From: a virus
DNA length: 64,000 bases
UHGV virus genome: UHGV-0038496
Direction: 5' to 3' (one strand)
Below the pieces are notes generated by a model. It had not been told where the DNA came from. It did not search any database and saw only the letters and a program-made list of their open reading frames with translations. A program made the translations under genes and the position numbers. Shown here one piece after another: positions 57,431-64,000 of this stretch (its first letter is position 1; each line of letters begins with the position of its first letter).

Positions 57431-58414
57431 ATGGCTGATTTAACAGTAGAAAAAATCGTAGAGCTTAAGACTCAGGGTTGGACCAATAGGCAGATAGCTC
57501 GTGAGTTATTAGGTAAAGAATCCCGTGAAAGCTGGGTTCGTCTACAACTGAAAAAAGCCCAGGCTAACTTCAATGAGATTGCTGGCGAAGCTGCTGAGCG
57601 TTTCATGGAAGAGAACCGTGGTGCTAAAATCTGGATTTACGATACAGAAACCTCTCCAACCTGTGGGTGGTTTTTCGGTCACTATAAAACAAACATCCAA
57701 CCTGCTGGTATTGAAATATTACCATACATGCTGACGTTTGCAGGTAAATGGCTGGACAGTCCTACTGTTGTAGACTGTGGTTTGCCAGACTACCCTATGT
57801 GGCAGCAGGATATACACAACGACCACGATTTGATTGAAGATTTGTGGTATTACATGGATGCTTGTGATATAGCTGTGGCCCATAACGCCCCATTTGACGA
57901 TGGCTGGGGCAATATGCGGTTCGCTTTTCACAACATGCCACCAGTATCGCCGTACAAAGAAGTGGATACTTTGAAGATGATCAAGAAAGCATTCCACTTG
58001 AACGCCAACACACTGGAATATGCTTGCAAGTACTTCCAGCTTGAGCGTCAGAAACTGATGGATCATACTTTCCAGATGTGGGTAGATTGCGTGCACGGTG
58101 ATTTGAATGCGTTTGCCAAAATGCGTGAGTACAACGTAGGTGATATTCTTTCTCTGGAAGGGTTATACCTGCTTGCACGTCCGTTTGCGAAACAGCATCC
58201 AAACCTGTCGCTGTATTATCAGGACGAAGAACCTGTTCTGCGTTGCCCACGCTGTGGTGGTGTACACTTGACCAAGCAAGATGGTGTTCATGCTTACACC
58301 CAGATAAGTAAGTTCGAAGTGTATCGTTGTGAAGATTGTGGTTCAGTTGCCCGTGATCGTCGCAACATCCGTTCACGCGAAGAAATGAAAGAAACGTTGA
58401 TTCAGATCATCTAA
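57431..58414 (+). CDS. Putative DEDD-type exonuclease with C-terminal zinc ribbon
   Basis: 327 aa; IWIYDTETSP (DxE), later HNAPFDDGW; C-terminal CPRCGG...CEDCGS. Confidence 0.4.
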   Translation: MADLTVEKIVELKTQGWTNRQIARELLGKESRESWVRLQLKKAQANFNEIAGEAAERFMEENRGAKIWIYDTETSPTCGWFFGHYKTNIQPAGIEILPYMLTFAGKWLDSPTVVDCGLPDYPMWQQDIHNDHDLIEDLWYYMDACDIAVAHNAPFDDGWGNMRFAFHNMPPVSPYKEVDTLKMIKKAFHLNANTLEYACKYFQLERQKLMDHTFQMWVDCVHGDLNAFAKMREYNVGDILSLEGLYLLARPFAKQHPNLSLYYQDEEPVLRCPRCGGVHLTKQDGVHAYTQISKFEVYRCEDCGSVARDRRNIRSREEMKETLIQII

Positions 58415-58452
58415 TAGAAGATGGAGGGGCTTAGGCCCCTCAGGAGCGGGTA

Positions 58453-58620
58453 ATGTTGAAAGCAAAATGCCTCAAAGAAGATGCCGATAAAACTTTGCAG
58501 ATCGGTTGTGTCTATTTGGTTGAGCAGGTCGGTTGTGATGTGCTGGTATATCTTCCCCACGGTATGAACAGATACCTCGGTATGTTTCCGGCATCATGGT
58601 TTGGAGTTGTTCAGCAGTAG
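58453..58620 (+). CDS. Hypothetical small protein (55 aa)
   Basis: ATG with Shine-Dalgarno-like AGGAG upstream; below ORF-track size cutoff. Confidence 0.3.
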   Translation: MLKAKCLKEDADKTLQIGCVYLVEQVGCDVLVYLPHGMNRYLGMFPASWFGVVQQ

Positions 58621-58629
58621 GAGATTGTT

Positions 58630-59259
58630 ATGGATGTGATTGTTTTGAATGCTCCGATGAAGTCAGGTAAAGACTACCTTGCAGATCTGCTGGTAGGTAT
58701 CATGGATCAGAATGGTATTCCTGCTGCTCATCGTGAAGTGAAAGAAATGTTGTTCTCTGTAGTAATCAAAGCTGCTGGGATTACCCCACAACTATGGGCT
58801 GCGATCTATGATCGCCATTATAAAGAGGAGCCTTGCCCCTATTTGATGATTGATGGCAAGCATGTTTCCCCACGGGAGTGGATGATCCACTGCTCTGAAG
58901 ATTTGATTAAGCCCCTATTTGGTAATCATGCCTTCGGGGACGCAGCGGTCAACTCTCTGAGAAAAGATTATCCTGAAGGTGATGGAGTAATCATCTATTC
59001 AGACGGTGGCTTCATAGAAGAGGTTGAGCGTATTTCTGAGTATGCTTACAGCACTGGCGGTGATTTCATGCTGGTCCGTGTGCACAGAAAAGGTTACGAT
59101 TGGGGTATTGACTCACGCTCATACCTGAATTTAGCCTTAAATAATGTGCGTGGATATGAAATGGATATTGACAACAAGGAGGGATGTGCGTTAGAATGTG
59201 CGGAAACGATAGCAGAAGTCTTCTTCGCAGTTAAAGAGGGGACACAATTCGAGGAGTAG
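58630..59259 (+). CDS. Deoxynucleoside monophosphate kinase (putative)
   Basis: 209 aa; N-terminal P-loop-like VLNAPMKSGKDYLADLL resembling phage dNMP kinases. Confidence 0.55.
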   Translation: MDVIVLNAPMKSGKDYLADLLVGIMDQNGIPAAHREVKEMLFSVVIKAAGITPQLWAAIYDRHYKEEPCPYLMIDGKHVSPREWMIHCSEDLIKPLFGNHAFGDAAVNSLRKDYPEGDGVIIYSDGGFIEEVERISEYAYSTGGDFMLVRVHRKGYDWGIDSRSYLNLALNNVRGYEMDIDNKEGCALECAETIAEVFFAVKEGTQFEE

Positions 59260-59263
59260 CAGT

Positions 59264-59866
59264 ATGTTAATAGGCGTTGATGTTGATCTCACACTTGTTC
59301 CTACAGATGGTGCATGGTGGAACTGGATGGAAGCAATGTACAGGGTGAATGGTGATTTCACTCTGCCAGAAGAGCCTCCTAAGAATGGCAGATTGTTCTA
59401 CGACCTTGGCAAATACTTCCCTGAGCCAGGTAAGCACATGCTGAAGCCTAAAGATTTCTGGGAAGATCCGTATTTGTATGATCGTCTTCGCCCGTATGGT
59501 CATGCAATGGATGTTCTTAAGAAATGGGTTAAACAAGGCCATCAGATTGCGTTTATCTCGATGTGCAACAAAGGTCATCAGGCTTCAAAAGTTCGCTTCT
59601 TGAAGCGTTGGACTCAGGATTTCATGGACTTGGATGATCACTCGCAAGGACACGGTTTCTATGCCACACATTTCAAAGGCAACATCAACTGTGATGTGAT
59701 GATAGACGACCGTAATGAGTTCCTTAACCAGTTTAATCCGGCTAAAACGATCCTGATTAAAATGAAAACTCCGTACGAACAGTATCATGAACTGACTAAC
59801 CCTGTTGACTGCTTGGCAGATGACTGGTATGATATTGAAGACTTCATGGACACTATTCTGGAGTAG
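59264..59866 (+). CDS. HAD-family 5'-deoxynucleotidase (putative)
   Basis: 200 aa; N-terminal GVDVDLT (DxDxT HAD motif I). Confidence 0.5.
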   Translation: MLIGVDVDLTLVPTDGAWWNWMEAMYRVNGDFTLPEEPPKNGRLFYDLGKYFPEPGKHMLKPKDFWEDPYLYDRLRPYGHAMDVLKKWVKQGHQIAFISMCNKGHQASKVRFLKRWTQDFMDLDDHSQGHGFYATHFKGNINCDVMIDDRNEFLNQFNPAKTILIKMKTPYEQYHELTNPVDCLADDWYDIEDFMDTILE

Positions 59867-59868
59867 TC

Positions 59869-60075
59869 ATGAGTCGGTGTGCTAAAGGTGGTGATCTTGT
59901 AGTGCATGAAGGTGACTGGCTGGAAGTGCGGGATAAGGACGGAAAGCTGGTCTTTGCCAACAGGATCAATCACGACATGTGTCAAGAAATGCTCAATCGC
60001 TACTTGGTGTTTAAAGCAGACATTGACATGACAAAAGATAAAGAGTATCATATCAGGGTAAGGAAATGCCAATAG
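59869..60075 (+). CDS. Hypothetical small protein
   Basis: 68 aa ORF. Confidence 0.35.
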   Translation: MSRCAKGGDLVVHEGDWLEVRDKDGKLVFANRINHDMCQEMLNRYLVFKADIDMTKDKEYHIRVRKCQ

Positions 60076-60181
60076 GCAAAACCTTACCCAGCGATAGATA
60101 ATTTGTAATTGATAAACCACAAGATATAGTGTAAAATAGAAGTTCGTCTCGCCCAAAAGACGGCTTCAAGGAGAGACAGAA

Positions 60182-60646
60182 ATGAGCGATATGATGACAC
60201 CTAAGAAAGTATTTATCTCTGTGACCCTTGATTTTCTGGCACAGTTGCCAGGTGTTAATCTTAAGACAAGAAACGGGCTACGAGCTGCACTCTATGCTGT
60301 AGGCTTTGACCTCAAGAACATAGATGTGATGAAAGGTAAGAACGTCCGTTGTAAAAACAAAACCACACATTATCGTAAAGCAGATATCTTTGCTGGTGCA
60401 ATGCGTAAAGATTTCCTGTATCCAGAAATTTATCATGGTGTGGATATTCTTGACGTAGAAGAAGTACCAGAAGATGCATTACTGGTTTCTGATCTGCCGT
60501 ACGATATTCCGGTTGAAGACCGCGTGAATGTTCGTAAGTACACAAAACGCCAGGACAAAGAGCAACAAATGTCTATAGGCGAAGATGAACCTTTCGACAT
60601 TGACGATTTCAAACGTCTGGAAAAATTGTTTGGACTTGAAGCATAA
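60182..60646 (+). CDS. Hypothetical protein upstream of nrdD
   Basis: 154 aa ORF, promoter-like TTGATA...TAAAAT upstream. Confidence 0.4.
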   Translation: MSDMMTPKKVFISVTLDFLAQLPGVNLKTRNGLRAALYAVGFDLKNIDVMKGKNVRCKNKTTHYRKADIFAGAMRKDFLYPEIYHGVDILDVEEVPEDALLVSDLPYDIPVEDRVNVRKYTKRQDKEQQMSIGEDEPFDIDDFKRLEKLFGLEA

Positions 60647-60659
60647 TACAGAGGGCAAA

Positions 60660-60905
60660 ATGAGTAAAAAATGGGAAGAAAGAGGTTTTGGTAGTCGTGC
60701 AGAATACGTCGGATGGTTGTGGTTTAATGGCCTCACTGATGACAACCGACTACGTGACGATGTTTATTTTGATGAATTTAAAGGAAAAGTCATCAATATA
60801 ATGGAAGAACTTGACAGACAAGAGCTGGAAGCTCAAATACGGGACGCCGATGTTGATATTGCCGAAAAAGAGTTTGGCATTGGTGATCCGAAAGATTATC
60901 AATGA
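60660..60905 (+). CDS. Hypothetical small protein
   Basis: Start at MSKKWEER with GAGGG Shine-Dalgarno; 81 aa. Confidence 0.35.
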   Translation: MSKKWEERGFGSRAEYVGWLWFNGLTDDNRLRDDVYFDEFKGKVINIMEELDRQELEAQIRDADVDIAEKEFGIGDPKDYQ

Positions 60906-60926
60906 TAAAATTAGAGGAGTTTTGCT

Positions 60927-61430
60927 GTGTTAAACGTAATCAAGAGAGATCTGACAACAGAACCTTTTGATGCTCGTAAAATAGTGGTAGCTGCACAAAA
61001 AGCCCTGGAGGCATCCGGGGCTGATGTGACAAGAGCATTTCATGCTGCACATTTTATTGCTGACGAGATTGTTTCTGAATTGGAGAGCTATGCTCAACAT
61101 GAAGAGGAGATAACAGTACCTGAAATCCACACAATGGTGGAAAACGCTTTGATGCGTTATGGTTATCTGGATGCTGCCCGTGCTTATATTGAGTACCGTA
61201 AAACCCGTGATAACAACCGTGAAGCTGCTGGTAAACTGCTGGCAGATGTTAATGGTTTCCTTGACCAATCCTGTGATGAATTCACTAAGGAGAATGCTAA
61301 CAAACCCACCAAGCATGTGCACACTCATCGTGATTTACTGGCCGGGATTCTAAGTAAGCACTTAGCTGTTACACAGATCCTACCGGAACATATTTCGAAG
61401 GCACATACTGATGGTTTTATACATGTCCAT
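60927..61430 (+). CDS. nrdD: Anaerobic ribonucleoside-triphosphate reductase NrdD, exon 1
   Basis: GTG start with GAGGAG Shine-Dalgarno; ATP-cone (VIKRDLTTEPFDARKI) then ENANKPTKHVHTHRDLLAGILSKH...GFIHVH, colinear with T4 NrdD up to the intron. Confidence 0.8.
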
Positions 61431-62392
61431 GAACAACATCGTGGCCTTACTGAGTGATCAGTATTGAATAACTCTGTTAACGCTAATTGCAAAGCGGTGT
61501 GCAGCGAAAAGCTGTGCTAACGGTTCAGAGGCAGGTGACTGCATTATGAGTAAGGGAGCCTAAACCCTTTGGACTAGGGGCAAGGTAATACCGTGCTAAG
61601 AATAGTGGCATCCTCTTAACTAGGAGGATGGTATGAATTTAGAATATGTTGATTGTGGGGATTACACAATCTATGAAGACGGTTATGTGGTTGACCATAT
61701 AGATGGCTATTGTGGTTGGGGGTACAGAAACGGTGGATACAGAGAAGCCTATGTTTACATAGGTGGAGAAAAGAGAAGAATGAAAGTTCACAGGTTAGTA
61801 GCTATGGCTTTTATTCCAAACCCTCTGAATTTGCCAGTTGTTAATCATCTGGATGGGAATAAGATGAACAACCACAGAGACAATCTTGAGTGGTGCACAC
61901 AAGGTCGTAACAATATACATGCAATTGAGACAGGATTAAGAAACGTCGCTGAATCGAACAGTAAGAGGTGGGATGACTCTGCATTCAGAGAAAGAACGGC
62001 TTCCAGAATAAGTGCGACACAAAAAGAACGCGGGACAACCGCTGGTAGGAATAATCCTCGTTTCAAGTATGAGATTGTTAAAGACGGAGATGTGTACACG
62101 GCTCCAGAGTTCTTCAATAAATTCAAAGATGTTTATGGTTTAAAACATTTGGAAAATCTGATAGGTAATTGTTGTGCATACCTCAAGCACAACTTGAAAA
62201 GAAAATTCTGGCTTAAAGTTGGAGCAGAGCCACGCTACGCCAAGAAAGAGTAAAACCTTCGGATGCCACTATTTATGTGTATCGACTATCCCGTAAGGGA
62301 GTAGGTGGGAGATGCTCCCCATCCAAAAGCAGAGGATCTCTAACTAGAGATCGTGATATAGTCATTGCCTACAGAAATGTAGGAGAATCAAG
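61431..62392 (+). mobile_element. Group I intron 1 in nrdD with HNH ORF
   Basis: 962 nt; 5' exon ends in U, intron ends in G; 3' part contains GATCGTGATATAGTC, identical to the start of the terminase intron C core; splicing restores HVH-DLDYIISPLTNCCLV. Confidence 0.65.
61633..62253 (+). CDS. Intron-encoded HNH homing endonuclease
   Basis: 206 aa; AGGAGG Shine-Dalgarno; HRLVAMAFIPNP and VNHLDGNKMNNHRDNLEW. Confidence 0.8.
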   Translation: MNLEYVDCGDYTIYEDGYVVDHIDGYCGWGYRNGGYREAYVYIGGEKRRMKVHRLVAMAFIPNPLNLPVVNHLDGNKMNNHRDNLEWCTQGRNNIHAIETGLRNVAESNSKRWDDSAFRERTASRISATQKERGTTAGRNNPRFKYEIVKDGDVYTAPEFFNKFKDVYGLKHLENLIGNCCAYLKHNLKRKFWLKVGAEPRYAKKE

Positions 62393-63055
62393 GATTTAGA
62401 TTACATAATTAGTCCATTAACGAACTGTTGTCTTGTAAATTATCCAGACATGCTGGAGCATGGATTTACAATAGGTAACGCAACCATAGGAACACCAAAT
62501 TCTATTAATGTAGCTGCAACAGTTCTTTCACAAATTTCAGCTGCTGTTTCTGGTGGGCAGTATGGTGGGCAGACGTACAGTCACATAGACCGCTACCTTG
62601 TCCCCTATGTAGAAAAAACACATAATAAAAACTTATCTTTCTGTAAAAAACACGGTTTGCCGGAAAGCGTTGCTGATGAAATGACAGAGAAAGATGTATA
62701 TGATAGTATGCAATGTTTTCTCTATCAAATCAACACCTTAACCAGCACCAACGGGCAAACTCCGTTTTTGACTATCAGTTTAGGTCTTGATACTTCTAAA
62801 TTTGGGAGGATGATCACTAAAAACTATCTTATGGTTCATAAAGGTGGCATTGGTGAAGACCATATAACCCCAGTATTCCCTAAAGTCTTGTTCTTCCTTG
62901 AAGAAGGGGTGAACATGAACCCAGGTGACCCAAATTACGATTTGAAACGCCTGGCTTTGGAATGCTCAGCAGAGCGAATTTACCCAGACTTCGTTTCTGT
63001 GCCTTTGAACAGAAAAGTGACAGGATCTACTGCTGGCGATGTTACAAGCATGGGT
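62393..63055 (+). CDS. nrdD: NrdD, exon 2
   Basis: 221 codons in frame; TNCCLV...GFTIGNATIGTPNSINVAA...QYGGQTYSH...NGQTPFLTISLG...DPNYDLKRLALECSAERIYPD colinear with T4 NrdD. Confidence 0.8.
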
Positions 63056-63833
63056 AAACTACTATTGCTCATGTAAAACCTATCTAAACGGGGGAACTCT
63101 CTACGGAGAAAATCCCGTGCTAAACGTAACAGAACTCCCGGAGAAAAGGAGTCCTGAAATGAGAAAACAAATTCGTGATTTTGAAGGGTATGAAATTGAC
63201 GAGATGGGAAATGTTTATTGCACCCGCTACGAAAAGGAAAGAATCATCCATCCGTGGGAAGAAATAAACACAGGCTACCTTCTTGTCAGGATACGCAAGA
63301 ACAAGAAAACTGTTTGCCTGAGGGTTCACAGACTTGTTGCTGAAGCGTTTTTACCGAATCCAGACAATTTGCCCTATGTTAAGCATAAGGGTGACAACAA
63401 GAAAGATAACAGCGTATACAATCTTGAGTGGGGTGCTTGCCCAGATAATACCCAGGAAGGTTACGACAACAACTGTTATACTTTTTACACAAGGTGTCAC
63501 GGTGTGAAAGCTACCAACAAACTGACTGGTGAAGTTTTCCACTTTAAGAGTCTGAGATGCTGTGCTGATACTTTAGGGGTGGATAGAAAAAGAATATCTG
63601 CTATCCTGAAGCGTGGAGCACCTAATAACTATGATTACGAGTTCTGTTACGAAATGCCGAACGACTAACCGTGATGAATGTAGCGGTGTAGGGTGCAAGC
63701 CTATGGCACTCCAAAAGATAGGCACACGAAAGTGTGAAGATATAGTCTGATCTGCATGGTGACATGCAGCCGAGCATGGATGCGGTGGATGGAACCAACG
63801 GGGGTAGTGTTGCGAGCTACTCTGAACACAATG
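63056..63833 (+). mobile_element. Group I intron 2 in nrdD with HNH ORF
   Basis: 778 nt; splicing joins ...VTSMG to CRSFLSKYN (T4 NrdD has SPMGCRSFLS at this point); 3' core about 50/51 nt identical to terminase intron C. Confidence 0.65.
63159..63668 (+). CDS. Intron-encoded HNH homing endonuclease
   Basis: 169 aa; AAGGAG Shine-Dalgarno; HRLVAEAFLPNP and VKHKGDNKKDNSVYNLEW. Confidence 0.8.
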   Translation: MRKQIRDFEGYEIDEMGNVYCTRYEKERIIHPWEEINTGYLLVRIRKNKKTVCLRVHRLVAEAFLPNPDNLPYVKHKGDNKKDNSVYNLEWGACPDNTQEGYDNNCYTFYTRCHGVKATNKLTGEVFHFKSLRCCADTLGVDRKRISAILKRGAPNNYDYEFCYEMPND

Positions 63834-64000
63834 TGTAGAAGTTTCTTGAGTAAATACAACGATCCTGTAACAGGTGAAGAGAAATATCTCGGTCGTTTCA
63901 ACTTAGGTGTGGTAAGCCTGAACCTACCTATGATTGCAGCTCGTTCCAAAGCTGAACAGGTAGATTTCTTCAAACTGCTTGACGAGTATCTTGAACTGGC
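63834..64000 (+). CDS. nrdD: NrdD, exon 3 (continues beyond window)
   Basis: CRSFLSKYNDPVTGEEKYLGRFNLGVVSLNLPMIAARS matches T4 NrdD GRNNLGVVTLNLPRIAL region. Confidence 0.75.

Noticed and set aside
63701-63973. Minus-strand 90-aa ORF at the end of the window
   Set aside because: Overlaps the nrdD intron 2 core and exon 3 on the opposite strand; the plus-strand NrdD frame is strongly supported by colinearity with T4 NrdD.

Overview
This window reads as part of a virulent, tailed dsDNA phage genome of an enterobacterial host (about 45% GC by eye, lambda R-like endolysin); the exact taxon cannot be assigned from sequence alone. Positions 1-42700 are a minus-strand late/structural block: tail-fibre locus with two paralogous fibre-tip genes and a Tfa-like chaperone, a 1622-aa fibre, baseplate genes, tape measure, tail assembly chaperones, tail tube and sheath (myovirus-like), head-completion genes, major capsid, scaffold, portal, large terminase, a spanin pair and a tRNA-Arg(UCU). 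Positions 43980-64000 are a plus-strand early/DNA-metabolism block driven by near-consensus sigma70 promoters: DNA ligase, FEN-type 5'-3' exonuclease, MazG-like protein, metallophosphatase, RuvC-like and endonuclease VII-like nucleases, dNMP kinase, HAD 5'-nucleotidase, endolysin and anaerobic ribonucleotide reductase nrdD. The most striking property is the density of selfish elements. The large terminase gene carries an intein in its Walker A P-loop and appears to be split by three group I introns, with a tiny exon encoding the Walker B motif between two ORF-less introns. The tape measure gene has one HNH-bearing group I intron and nrdD has two; all six introns share near-identical core segments. 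At least four free-standing endonuclease genes sit between essential genes. A second notable region is an iteron array next to a winged-helix protein with an adjacent AT-rich repeat field (candidate replication origin or operator), followed by a GC-rich island of unknown function. Coordinates refined by reading the text may be off by 1-2 nt; ORF-track coordinates are used wherever possible. No homology search or RNA-folding could be run, so all calls rest on motifs recognised by eye.
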